Of a DNA stretch of 64,000 nucleotides, positions 13,320 through 25,439 are shown piece after piece (the first letter of the stretch is position 1; each line of letters opens with the position of its first letter). The position numbers were made by a program, and so were the translations under genes. The DNA comes from Eledone cirrhosa (lineage: Eukaryota). The stretch spans positions 43,586,001 through 43,650,000 of the forward strand of contig OZ024753.1 of assembly GCA_964016885.1 (NCBI GenBank), written 5' to 3'. The notes below the pieces were generated by a model. That model saw only the letters and a list, made by a program, of their open reading frames with translations, ran no database searches and had not been told where the DNA came from.

Positions 13320-13618
13320 CCTGTTGAAGAAGCCTCTCTCTGGTTGACCTCCACCAGATCCTGTTTGGTTTTGGTCATACCAAGAGTGTAGCTGTACTCA
13401 CCACTCTTGGCCAACTGTGGATTAATGAGCCTATTTAACCCATAGTTTGGGGTGGATGACTGTTGACTCTGAAGAGTTCTTCTGTGCTTTTTACAGCTCT
13501 TGTTTTTTGTGCTTCTAGGGTTCCATTTACCCTCAGGTTTAGTTGTTGACCACTCGACTATGAAGTAAGTAGTAGTGGGTTACATGGTAGCAGTAGCAGG
13601 CAGAAGCCTGACCTGACA
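13320..13618 (-). repeat. Dispersed repeat family E, second copy
   Basis: Reverse-complement similarity to 2136-2480. Confidence 0.7.
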
Positions 13619-13778
13619 CAAGCCAGATAAATATAGACACTCTAAAACAATAGCTCAGTATCATAGAACCAAGGATGCTTTAACCCTTTAGTGTTCAAAC
13701 CGGCCAGAATTCTCTACCTCTTCCTGTTGAAACTGGCTGTAACTGGTCGCTCAAACTGATATTAAGGAATTGTTCTCA

Positions 13779-15051
13779 TCATCATCATCATCATCACCGT
13801 TTTACGTCCGTTCTTCCACGCTAGCATGGGTTAGACGGGTTGTCCTGTTGTGGGCAGTGTCTGGTCGGCTGACCATGCCTTGCTCATACAGGAACTGATC
13901 TGGCTTGATTTCTACAGCTGGATGCCCTTCCTAACACCAACCTCATTTACAGTGAGTGCTGGGTGCTTTTTCGTGGCGCCTACACGTCCACTTTACAGTG
14001 TGGGCTGGGTGCTTTTTTGCCGTGGCACCTCCACGACCACCTTGCGGTGGGGGGGGGGGCATATTGTTTATATGCTTCAGCATGTACCCATGGGAGGTCG
14101 GGTACCCTGTATTACTGCGTGACGCCAGAAGTCACGGTCGTGTGTCATTGACTTTGAGAGGTGTAGTTGGGTAAGGTCGGCTTTTATCACCTCATCCCAA
14201 GTCATCTTGGGTCTCCCCACTCCGCGGTTTCCATCAACTTCTAGTGCTCTGCACCTTTTTATGCAGCTGTCATCCTTCATACGCATCACATGTCCATACC
14301 AGCGTAACCGCCTCTCCTGCACGCAGCATTTGATTCCTCTTATGCTCAGTCTCTCTCTCAATTCATTTATGCTTTGTCGTTCACGTATATTACTGTTACA
14401 CATCCATCGGAGCATGCAGGCTTCGTTTCTCTCTAATCTACGTAAGTCTTCCACCTTCAGCGCCCAGGTCTCACTACCATGCAACATCGCTGTTCGGATA
14501 CACGCATCATACAGTCTGCCTTTCATTCTGAGGGAGAAGCCTTTTGCAGCTAGCAGTGGTAGTAGTTCCCTAAACTTCTTCCATCCCGTTCTTACCCTAG
14601 TTATTGTACTTTCTGAGCACCCACCTCCGTTGCTAATTCGGTCACCTAGGTAGCAGAAGCTGTCTACTGTTTCTACAGGGCCCTCCCAGAGATTGGTGGT
14701 ACTTGTTTCCTGTGGCTGTTTGCTTGCTGTTTCAGCACAGCTGCTGCATGTGAATCCTACATTCTTAATTAAGCTTCCTGAGATCCCGCTACATCTCTTG
14801 TGTACCCATTGTTTGCATTTGGGGCAAAGAATGGAGTTCCTACCTACACCTTTCCTACATACTGAGCAAGGCCATTTCCCTGAGGGGATCTGGGTTCTGT
14901 TTTCTCGTCTACTTATAAGGACCTTAGTCTTTGTCATGTTGACTTTGAGGCCCTTTCTCTCTAGTCCCTGCTTCCAGGTTTGGAATTTATTCTCTAGTTC
15001 TACCATAGATTCAGCTATGAGTGCGAGGTCATCAGCATACAGGAGTTCCCA
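13779..15051 (-). mobile_element. 5'-truncated RTE-clade non-LTR retrotransposon, apparently young
   Basis: Uninterrupted RT C-terminal ORF, 3' UTR, (TGA)n tail, TCA duplicated at both junctions. Confidence 0.92.
14077..15051 (-). CDS. RTE reverse transcriptase C-terminal half (5'-truncated) with an embedded PHD-type zinc finger
   Basis: Frame extends upstream of the listed Met to WELLYADDL; GLKVNMTKTKV, VDSFCYLG, MLHGSETW, RRLRWYGHVMRM, GRPKMTW motifs; C-x2-C...C-x2-C-x4-H-x2-C...C-x2-C at 14737-14868. Confidence 0.9.
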   Translation of the reverse strand, partial: WELLYADDLALIAESMVELENKFQTWKQGLERKGLKVNMTKTKVLISRRENRTQIPSGKWPCSVCRKGVGRNSILCPKCKQWVHKRCSGISGSLIKNVGFTCSSCAETASKQPQETSTTNLWEGPVETVDSFCYLGDRISNGGGCSESTITRVRTGWKKFRELLPLLAAKGFSLRMKGRLYDACIRTAMLHGSETWALKVEDLRRLERNEACMLRWMCNSNIRERQSINELRERLSIRGIKCCVQERRLRWYGHVMRMKDDSCIKRCRALEVDGNRGVGRPKMTWDEVIKADLTQLHLSKSMTHDRDFWRHAVIQGTRPPMGTC

Positions 15052-15504
15052 TCAAAATAAATACTTTCAAAATCTCATAGATTCGATATTATGTGAGATA
15101 ATTATGTGAGGTAAAGCCTTTACCATGAAAATATAATAGTATATATATAAAATAATGTGAATGCTAAAGGGTTATGGTGGTTTGATAATGAAAAGATTTA
15201 AAGGATCACTGTTTGATATATATAAAATTTAAATTAAATATAAGGATTTCCTATGATCAATACATAAATTTCTAAGCATCTTTGTTGCATGATAGCATTG
15301 TGAAGTTTTCCTACACAGTGTAGAGGAATGTATGGTATTATGTCCTGTCATTTAATCTGGGTTGAGTGTGGAATGTGTAGTAGGAAATGCAGGCTTAGTA
15401 ATTTTCTTCGTTTGGCCATAAAAACAAACATGAACAACATAAATACTTTAAACATATAAAATCCATGAACCAATAGAAATTGTTAAGAAATATATACCGC
15501 AAAC

Positions 15505-15551
<47 letters not shown>

Positions 15552-15769
15552 ATGAACATATAAATATATATAAACCATGAACATATAAGTATATATATAT
15601 ATATATACCATGAACATATAAAATATATCCCTGTCAAAATAAATAAAAAACCACATTCATACAACCAATTAATTAGAAAATCTTCTCCTTCCAATAAAAC
15701 TCAACTCTTTGGTTCCTATATCACAACTTCTTTTCACTAAAATTGCTATTGAAATTTCTTCTTAAATTT

Positions 15770-16170
<401 letters not shown>

Positions 16171-16645
16171 CTGTGTCTCTCTATCACTCTCTCTCCCCCC
16201 CCTTCCCTATATATATATATATATATATGTGTGTGTAAAACACTAAATAAAAATAGTTGTATGCTATACCAAATTCAGTTTGGCATATAACCAAGCAGAA
16301 CTTGTATCAATATTCTCACCAATGTTGTATGTTGAATTAAAAGATCTCAACATTAAAAAAGCCCCACCCCCCCCGCTTGTATTCTCTTTCTTAAATTTTT
16401 CTTTTTCTTTATTCATTCTGTATATTTATGTAATGTATGTCAACCAATAACATTAGATATATCACTGGTTTCTCTCACTTCTCCACTCCACCCCATCGCA
16501 TCCCACCATACCACCCCCACCCCATCCCACCCTACCACACCCCACCCAGTTATATTGATATTATAGTCCAGCCCTTTCTAGCGGAGAAGAAGGATGATGT
16601 TAAATGATGATGATAATGATGATGCCAAATACTTTATCTCTCATA

Positions 16646-16978
16646 GGCACATGGCTTAGTGGTTAGAGCATTGGCCTTGCAATTGAAAGGTTGTGAGTTC
16701 AATTCTCAGGTGTGATGTATTGTTTCCTTGAGCAAGACACTTTATTTCACATTGCTTCAGTTTACTCAGCTGTAGAAATGAGATGATAGGGACTGGAGTC
16801 TCTATCATTCCACTGCAAAGTGGTCGTGGAGGTGCCACGGCAAAAAAGCACCCAGCACTCACTGTAAATAAGGTTGGTGTTAGGAAAGGCATCCAGCTGT
16901 AGAAATCAAGCCAGAATCAGTTCCCCTCCCACCCTTGCAAGCAGGGAAAAGCGGACGTAAAATGAAATGATGATGATG
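16646..16978 (+). mobile_element. CORE-like SINE family B, tail type 1 (Meta-like segment + RTE tail)
   Basis: A box TGGCTTAGTGG, B box GAGTTCAATTC, CORE-like block, AGGAAAGGCATCCAGC, GCGGACGTAAAATG(ATG)n. Confidence 0.88.
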
Positions 16979-16988
16979 AATGATGAAT

Positions 16989-17147
16989 CATCTCACATAA
17001 TTTTGAATCTATGAGATTTTGATGTTATTTATTTTGAGAACAATAACTCAACATCAGTATGAGTGGCCAGTTATGACCGGTTTGAACAGCAGAAAAAGGT
17101 GAGAGAATTCTGGCCGGATATGGCTGGTTTAAATGCTAAAGGGTTAA
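16989..17147 (-). mobile_element. MITE family D, partial
   Basis: Ends TAAATGCTAAAGGGTTAA; internal homology to 12880-13044. Confidence 0.8.
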
Positions 17148-17912
17148 AATTAATGAACCTATTTTTAGGTATTTTCTGCTCAGTCATTACAGGATGTAAA
17201 GAGTGAAGGAGAAATTGTCTAGATACTATAAAAGATAGGAATACTAACTCTCCTAGCTGAAAGTTAACTATCTCTGACACAATTGAAAACCAGAATAAGA
17301 AAAAAAACAAGGCAAAAAAAAAAAATAATCAAATGAAAATCAGAATAAAAAAAACAAAAAAGAAATCAACAAACAAAATAAACATTTTTAATGAAAAATA
17401 TTGGTTGTGCCATGTTTTGTCGTTTTTGTAACAGAAGTTTGACTCGGTATAATTAGCATCTGTCTGAAAATTACATCAATGTTTTAACTTGCTATGAGTT
17501 GTGATGTAAACAATATCTGTGACTAACTCCTCTATCACTCTTATTGATTCTTTAGCCTCCCTACCCTCCATTGGGGTTTTAGGGGTACAAATGTGACATG
17601 TTAAACATGGTGGAGAACCCATACTCCTCTAGCTTTTGACCTCTGCCAGATTCTTTCAGAGAGAGAGAAGAGAAAGGAGAAAAGAAGTGTGGTTGCAAAG
17701 CCAAATCTTTGACTACACAGTCGAGCTTAAATTGTTTATCATCTTCATCAACACCATTTAATGTCTGCTTTTCTTGTTATCAAGGGTTGGACGGGTCTAC
17801 AGAGACCAAGTCTGTATTGTTTATTTATGGAAAAAAAAAAAATCTTATCTGCTTTTTTATAATCTATATTCTTAACAGTTCAAATCTAGTCTGTCTATTC
17901 GGAGAAAGAGTG

Positions 17913-18247
17913 ATCATCATCATCATCATCATCACCGTTTTACGTCCGTTCTTCCACGCTAGCATGGGTTAGACGGGTTGTCCTGTTGTGGGCAGTGTCT
18001 GGTCGGCTGACCATGCCTTGCTCATACAGGAACTGATCTGGCTTGATTTCTACAGCTGGATGCCCTTCCTAACACCAACCTCATTTACAGTGAGTGCTGG
18101 GTGCTTTTTCGTGGTGCCTACACGTCCACTTTACAGTGTGGGCTGAGTGCTTTTTTGCCATGGCACCTCCACGACCACCTTGCGGTGGGGGGTGTGGGGG
18201 CATATTGTTTATATGCTTCAGCATGTACCCATGGGAAGTCGGGTACT
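17913..18247 (-). mobile_element. 3'-end copy of the RTE LINE (3' UTR plus last codons)
   Basis: Near-identical to 13779-14105. Confidence 0.9.
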
Positions 18248-18352
18248 CTGATACATATATATATATATATATATAACGAAGAAAATGTGGTAAAGAACCA
18301 GATGGACCATAACACACCAAAGTACTCAATACTTAGGGTAGTAGAGTGGGTA

Positions 18353-18468
18353 ATAGGAACGAGTAGGACCCCGACGGCTGAGCTCAAGCCGTTTCGAAGG
18401 CTAATTCTGGACTGAATTAGCCGTCGAAACGGCTTGAGCTCAGCCGTCGGGGTCCTACTCGTTCCTAT
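18353..18468. repeat. Near-perfect GC-rich inverted repeat (55-bp arms, 6-nt loop) made of a hammerhead 3' half
   Basis: ATAGGAACGAG...GGCTAATTC tggact GAATTAGCC...CTCGTTCCTAT; each strand reads stem II-GAAA-C-GGCUUGAGCUCAGCC-GUC. Confidence 0.85.
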
Positions 18469-18491
18469 ATATATATATATATATATATATG

Positions 18492-18634
18492 ATTGGTGTT
18501 AGGAAGGGCATCCAGCTGTAGAAAACCTGCCAGATAGGCCTATAAGAGCGAGATACATTCACCCGACCAATCTTGCCTCAAGTTGGGCAACTTCCGTCTA
18601 ACCCATGGTAGCATGGAAGATGGGCGTTAAACGA

Positions 18635-18638
<4 letters not shown>
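18492..18638 (+). mobile_element. Meta-like SINE 3' portion with RTE tail
   Basis: GGTGTTAGGAAGGGCATCCAGCTGTAGAAAA...CCATGGTAGCATGGAAGATGGGCGTTAAACGATGA. Confidence 0.7.
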
Positions 18639-18671
<33 letters not shown>

Positions 18672-18745
18672 GAGAGAGAGAAAGATCTCGTGGGACAATC
18701 AGAAATATCTCTGAGGCTGTAATTGTCCCAATATAGTATTTAAAC

Positions 18746-18891
18746 CAGTCATGAGCAAACTGTGGCCCATTTGGCTTTCTGAAGGACCTGCTTAATTTCA
18801 AAATAGCTTTGAATTTTTTAGTAGTGTGGCCCGGCTTATGATGAGCCACTTCCTATGTTGCTCACTGCTGGAAAAAGGTTGCCCATACCTG
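18746..18891. mobile_element. hAT (Charlie-like) MITE with 8-bp TSD
   Basis: TIRs CAGTCATGAGCAA / TTGCCCATACCTG; ATTTAAAC duplicated at 18738-18745 and 18892-18899. Confidence 0.85.
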
Positions 18892-18946
18892 ATTTAAACA
18901 TTTGTGTGTGTGTGTGTGTGATCTACAGTATTTTGGAAGATGAAAG

Positions 18947-19328
<382 letters not shown>

Positions 19329-19817
19329 TCAATTTTGCCTTTCAACCTTTCAAGGTCAACATAAAATACTAGTCAAGTACTGGAGTCGATTCTTCCTCTA
19401 ATATCCCTTTCTCACTTCATCTCTCTCTCTCTCAATCCTACACTGGGAGAAATCTGCTGTATTCAGACCTGGAGAGGGGTTGGGCTTAGTCATTTCCTTA
19501 GTGTGCTCAAAGTAAAAAATGTCAAAAGCTAGGTCAGTCAGTTTAACAAATTGTAAGTTGAATTTATTTAATTTGGGAGACTCTGCAGTGTACAGTTGGG
19601 TGATGTTGGGGCAGAAATTGTTGACCAGTCTTGGATGCTAAATACTAAAGTCCTGGCTCTGGTTATAGACAATAAGTGTATCTGAAGAATTACAGAATTG
19701 TTGTAGAGAACATCTAATCGTAATCATTTAACTCCGGCCTAAGTCTAGACTGAAAGTTATGTAAATTGTATATCATATTTAATATCGTTCAAAATGTTGA
19801 TTACAAACAGCCAAACT

Positions 19818-20295
19818 ACATACACATTTGCATATATACACACACCTCTTCACATACACACATGCACATTTACATTCACACATTCACATCCTCACATATG
19901 CACACACACACACACACACACACATTCACATATATGCACACACACATTCGCACATGCACATACACATGCACATTCACTCACTCACATCCTCACACACACA
20001 TTCACACATACGCACACACATTCACACATACATATATACACACTCACACACATGCACATGCACACACTCACATCCTCACATATGCACACACACACACATT
20101 CACACATACATGCATTCATACACACATACATACACACTCACACACATGCACATGCGCATTCACACTCACATCCTCACATATGCACATACACATTCACACA
20201 TATGCACGCACGCATTCACACATACATGCATACAACACACATACACACATGGACACACATGCACACACATGCACATACACATTTACACATATCTG
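19818..20295. repeat. Degenerate (CA)n/(CATA)n tract
   Basis: Direct inspection. Confidence 0.9.
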
Positions 20296-20844
20296 CACTT
20301 AACTGCTGTAGCATCCACTCCACTCCCTCTCTCTACCACGACCTGATGCTTTAAGATCACATTTAGTTTACACTCAAGTAAAGACCTTTCAGCAGATCTT
20401 TCCTTCCCTTTCTACCCGCTCCTCATTATTATTGAAAGATAAAACTTTTAAAATGTTTAATCTTGCAGCAATCTATCAAAACATGATTACATTATCAAGT
20501 TTTGGGGCATTTACATTGAAATAATTAAATGTAAACATTGTGAAATTAATTGCTTTGGCTATAAACTGACTGATAATCGAGCTAGTGAAAGAAAGTAAGA
20601 GATTTTACTGCAACATGTAATATGTCCCATCTTTATCGACGTTTTAATTGTTTTTATGAATCTATAATTCTGATTGATGAGAAAATATTATTTTGTGAAA
20701 TTCTGGTTCTGGTAATACTATGATGCTTATCTCAGTGAAGTATGGTTGTGTGTTGTCAAATCATTTGATTCTAGTTGTCATTTATTCTGTTAAAGAAATC
20801 TCTTGACTGGATATATAAAAGACAATAAAATTCACTTCTTAAAA

Positions 20845-20876
<32 letters not shown>

Positions 20877-21588
20877 GAGAAAGGATGAATATAAAATGAA
20901 AGTGCTTTTTTTAAAAAGGAATTTATTAGGTATTGACATATGTTTCTGTAACAGACGGAATACCTATGTATCGCTGCTTGCATAATCATATATATATATA
21001 TATATATATTTCTGTTTATTATGATGATTATTAATAATAACTTGCTATATAATACTATTAAATGTTTGATAAAATTTATTGTATCATGTTTGAGATTTCA
21101 TCATATCACATGAAAACTGTTAATTAATCTAGAATTAAAACTATTGTTTACTGGAATTATATGTTTATATTTATAAATAATTATTAATATCTTAGAAAAT
21201 ATTACTACTAAATGTTTCAAAAATTTATTGTCATATTTTAAATTTCATCATATCACACGGAAAATGATAATTTATCTAGAACTAAAACTATTGTTTGTTG
21301 CACATTGTTAACAAAACAACTGATTTTTTTACCCCTTAAACTCTCTCAGAAATTTCAAAACAACAAAGTCAAAAGGGCAGAGATACAGACTAAAATACTG
21401 AAGAATTCTGTTTAAGACTGACAATGTTTTTTGTTTTATTAAACAATTTGTGTTTTGTTTTTTAGTAATTAATGAAACTTGTTAAACAGTTGTCATAGTG
21501 ATATGTTACTAACAATATAACCAGCCTCATTAGTTGGAAAATGATGTGCTTGACTACATGAAGTGTAAAATAAATGAAATAAAGTTAA

Positions 21589-21955
21589 CAGCTCTCACCC
21601 ATACAGGTTTAGTTGGCCTCCTACAAGGTTACATCTTGTAGTGGATTTGGGTGTGTTTTAATGATAGGGGACCCCATATTAAAAAAAAAAGGGTCCTCCT
21701 ATCATTAAAACATCCAAGAAACCAGGCCCCAGTCTTGTAATAATTATATATATCTGAACGACGATGTAGCAATCTCTTTAGTGCTGGTGTCATAACCTGC
21801 ACCCAGTGCACCCTGTTGGCACCAAAAAATGCATTCAGTACTCCCTGTAAATGATGATGATGATGTTACACATCTCGCCCATATAGGTTTAGTTGGTCTC
21901 CTACAAGGTTCCATCCTGTAGCTGGTTTCGTGGGTGTTTTAATGATAGGGTACCC
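21589..21955 (-). mobile_element. Two older tail-type-2 fragments of SINE family B
   Basis: ACAGCTCTCACCCATACAGGTTTAGTTGGCCTCC...TTTAATGATAGGG at ~21590 and ~21870. Confidence 0.65.
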
Positions 21956-21965
21956 TCAGTCTTAT

Positions 21966-22149
21966 AATTGTCTCTACTTTAGGCACAAGGCCAGCAATTA
22001 TCCAGTGCATTACTGGTACTTTATTTTATCGACCCCGTAAGGATGAAAGGCAAAGTCAACCTCGGCGGGATTTGAACTCAGTAAAGGGACGTAACTATGC
22101 TGGAAAGCATGGCGTCCGACCCTCTACTGATACTGCCAATCCACTGCCC
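21966..22149 (-). mobile_element. SINE family A
   Basis: Homology to family consensus. Confidence 0.85.
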
Positions 22150-22721
22150 TGTCTTATAATAATTATATATATCTGACCAAGCATATAGCATCCTCTCTAG
22201 TGCTAGTGCTACAATAACCTGCGCCCAGTACACCCTGTAAATTGTTGGTTGTATGGCCACATGGTCCATGGTCACTGTTTAAGTGTTGTGCACATCAAAA
22301 TATTGGTGCTCAGGTGTTTGGACTGTCTTTTGGAGGTCCCTTATAGCATGAATGTAACAGGAAAATATTTCATCTATATTTCATATTATGAAAGATTATA
22401 GTGAGTTTTGTTACTCTGAAGATTTGCCTGCTTATCTCAGCCAGCATCTACATATGGATACATAAACACACATATATGTGTATGTGTGTTGTGTTAGCGT
22501 GTATAACTTATATGTATGCTAATATATTTCATAAATTGAAGGTGTTTGTAAATTGTTTTAAGTTTTCAACATAAGGTTAAACTAATTATTTGTAAAACAC
22601 TTCAATCTGAAATAAATTTTTATATTTCTAACTTCAAACAATGTTTTGGATAAGAAGCTATAAAAACCAAACTAACTAATAATGAAAGTGTCAAATAAGT
22701 CTATAAGTCTATGTTGTTTAT

Positions 22722-22992
22722 TTAAACCTTTTGATACCAAATAGTCTGGAACTGCCCCTGGTTCTATCATACTCAGATGTTTGCTTTAAAGTATTTACTG
22801 AAAAACATTGCCTCATAATTTTATCTTGATAATATCATAAGAAACTTGTTAAGTTATCTTCCAAACACCGACTTAATGTTACAACTGTTAGTTATATTAT
22901 TACTAAATAACTCCAAATATCTTTATTATTTTCAAAATTATTTAAAAATCACAGAAAGTGTCTTTCATTAGAAATATAACAACAAAATGACC
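22722..22992 (+). mobile_element. TTAA-type MITE family F (older, diverged)
   Basis: TTAAACCTTTTGATACCAA...GGAACTGCCCCTGGTTCTA; related copies near 32905, 33340, 40870, 42670, 49880, 55980. Confidence 0.6.
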
Positions 22993-24357
22993 AATAATTG
23001 TTTCTACTTTTGGCTCAAGGCCAGCAATTATCCAGCGTATTACTGGTACTTTATTTTATCGACAACGTAAGGATGAAAGGCAAAATGACTAATATTAGTA
23101 CTTGCTTTGTATTTTGGTATAACGTGGTAAAAAATACTGCTTTCTTATGTCAAGGATCTTAATGGTACCGATATAAAACATAAGACCATTTCAGGGTAAC
23201 ACTTGGCATGTTACAGTTCTTTGTTTCAGTGGCTACTCACTAACATCCCTGGGGAGTAGTCATCCTGGTGCCACTCAACTGAATGCCACTCAATTGAGTG
23301 TTGAATCTAAAGCAATTAATGACTAAAATAATCTACTACAATGTAATAGAGTATTTTAACAATTTCAGACACAGAAAAACTCTTGACTTCACTTTACATT
23401 TATTATTTATTTGTCGGTGTGAAAATGTTTGTGTATAGTGTGATCTATTCAGTGACACAGCTGCAGTCACCTGTAAGAAAAAGGTTAAATCATTACGTCA
23501 AAGACAACCATCCAGTTATCAATTACATCCAGCAACTATTAGAAGAACAATAGTAAATTTGAGACAGTCTTCTGCTATTGTTAAAAGACTTATTATAGAT
23601 TGTGTTAAATTAGTAGTAAAAGACAAAGAACCAAAACAAACAGAAAACCCAACATAACTAATTTAGTCTGCTATGTTAGTTTCTTTACAATTGTATTTCA
23701 TTTTTTAAAACTAGAGTGTGTTAGTAACAAATTTAATTAGCTCATATGTGTCTTTTCTTTTACAAATCAATGTATAATCTTTTATAAATCAACTGTGTAA
23801 TCTAAAATCGCTAATTCCTACTGATTTTATTTCATGGTTTTCAAATGAAATAAATTTCATTTTTTCTAAACAATTTTTGAAATACTCCCTTGTCAAAGAA
23901 TTAATTATTGATTTTTATCTTTAAGCTTTCAATATTTAATGATTTTAAATCCCGTTCTTTCTCTGGTGCTAAGAATATAATGTAATGATTTACCATGATA
24001 AGCAGCAGAAGTTATTTTTCTTTACAATCCATTACTATCTTCATGAAAATAGAATTTTATACAATGCTGCCCACTACAATACATAGAATTTTCTGCTCTT
24101 TCTGTTTTGGCACATTCCATATTATTCAAGACAAAATATGAAAATGTATATATAAAATATTTCCATACTTAAAGACAATTACTACCTTAAATTAATGCAT
24201 GTATACATGTGTAATTATATGTATATATATGTATGTGTATGTACATATATATGTATGTGTATGTACATATATATGTATGTGTATGTACATATATAATATA
24301 TATATATGTATGTATGTATATATATATATATGTATACATACATATGTGCGCATATAT

Positions 24358-24524
24358 ATCATCATCATCACCATTTTCCGTCCGTTCTTCCACGCTAGTA
24401 TGGGTGAGATGGGTTTTCCTGTTGGGGGCAGTGTCCGGTCAGCTGACCTTGTCTTGTTCATATGGGAACTGATTCTAGCTTGATTTTTACAGCTGGATGC
24501 CCTTCCTAACACCAACCTCATTTA
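24358..24524 (-). mobile_element. RTE 3'-UTR-type fragment
   Basis: Homology to 13779-13950. Confidence 0.8.
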
Positions 24525-24550
24525 TGTGTGTATATATATTTATACATGGA

Positions 24551-24832
24551 GGCACATGGGTTAGTGGTTAGAGCATTGGCCTTGCAATCGAAAGGTTGTG
24601 AGTTCAATTCTCAGACTGGGTGGTGTGTTGTTTCATATTGCTTCAGTTTACTCAGCTGTAGAAATGAGATGATAGGGACTGGGGTCGTGGAGGTGCCACG
24701 ACAAAAAAGCACCCAGCACTCACTGTAAATGAGGTTGGTGTTAGGAAGGGCATCCAGCTGTAGAAATCAAGCCAGAATCAGTTCCCGTCCCACCCTTGCA
24801 AGCAGGGAAAAGCGGACGTAAAATGATGATGA
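24551..24832 (+). mobile_element. CORE-like SINE family B, tail type 1
   Basis: Homology to 16646-16978. Confidence 0.85.
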
Positions 24833-24914
24833 TACATATATATATATATGTGTGTGTGTGAGTATACATATATGTATATATATAATATATAAGAACAAAA
24901 GATGGTTAAAAGAG

Positions 24915-24989
24915 TTCCATGTATTTTATTATGCGTATTTCAAAAACAAATATCATCATGCAATAATATTTGTGTTTTCATCAGATAAA
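24915..24989 (-). ncRNA. Type I hammerhead motif (left arm of inverted repeat)
   Basis: UUUAU-CUGAUGA-long stem II-GAAA-UACGCA-U-A-AUAAA. Confidence 0.65.
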
Positions 24990-25045
24990 TATGTTGATTT
25001 AAAACTGCACTATCCACAAGTGATTTTTAATCTTCATATCATGTC

Positions 25046-25127
25046 TTCCTGTTTTATCTGATGAAAACACAAATATTATTGCATGATGATATTTGTTTTT
25101 GAAATGCGCATAATAAAATACATGGAA
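25046..25127 (+). ncRNA. Type I hammerhead ribozyme motif
   Basis: UUUUAU-CUGAUGA-16-bp stem II (one mismatch, GCAU loop)-GAAA-UGCGCA-U-A-AUAAAA; palindromic stem III AUGCGCAU. Confidence 0.75.
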
Positions 25128-25439
25128 CTCTTTTAACCATCTTTTGATCTTATATATTATGTATACTCCAGTCCTACAAACTGTAGAGTGCTTCTTATCC
25201 GATATCTGCATTGCTTTATTGTACTACAATAAAACTCACCTCCTACATATGTATATATATATATATATATATATGTGGCTAGAACTCTGAATTTGGTTAT
25301 CACTGGTTAACCGAGTCCATTTTAACCTAAGTTGTTATTTATAACTCTGTAAAAGACATGAACATTGGTGGTTCCGATTAAGTGATAACCCACCCAACAC
25401 TTACTTGCAAGAAAGACGGACATTAAAGGATGACGATGG

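Larger units (their letters stand above)
13680..15174. mobile_element. MITE family D interrupted by the RTE LINE
   Basis: Left TTAACCCTTTAG...TTGTTCTCA and right TCAAAATAAA...GCTAAAGGGTTA rejoin into the family D consensus. Confidence 0.8.

Noticed and set aside
14207-15109. Plus-strand ORFs of 148 and 138 aa
   Set aside because: Antisense shadows of the RTE ORF
16646-16715. tRNA-like sequence with A and B boxes
   Set aside because: No complete cloverleaf; it is the head of a multi-copy SINE
19678-19722. CUGAAGA...GAAAC on the plus strand
   Set aside because: Stem I does not pair; likely chance
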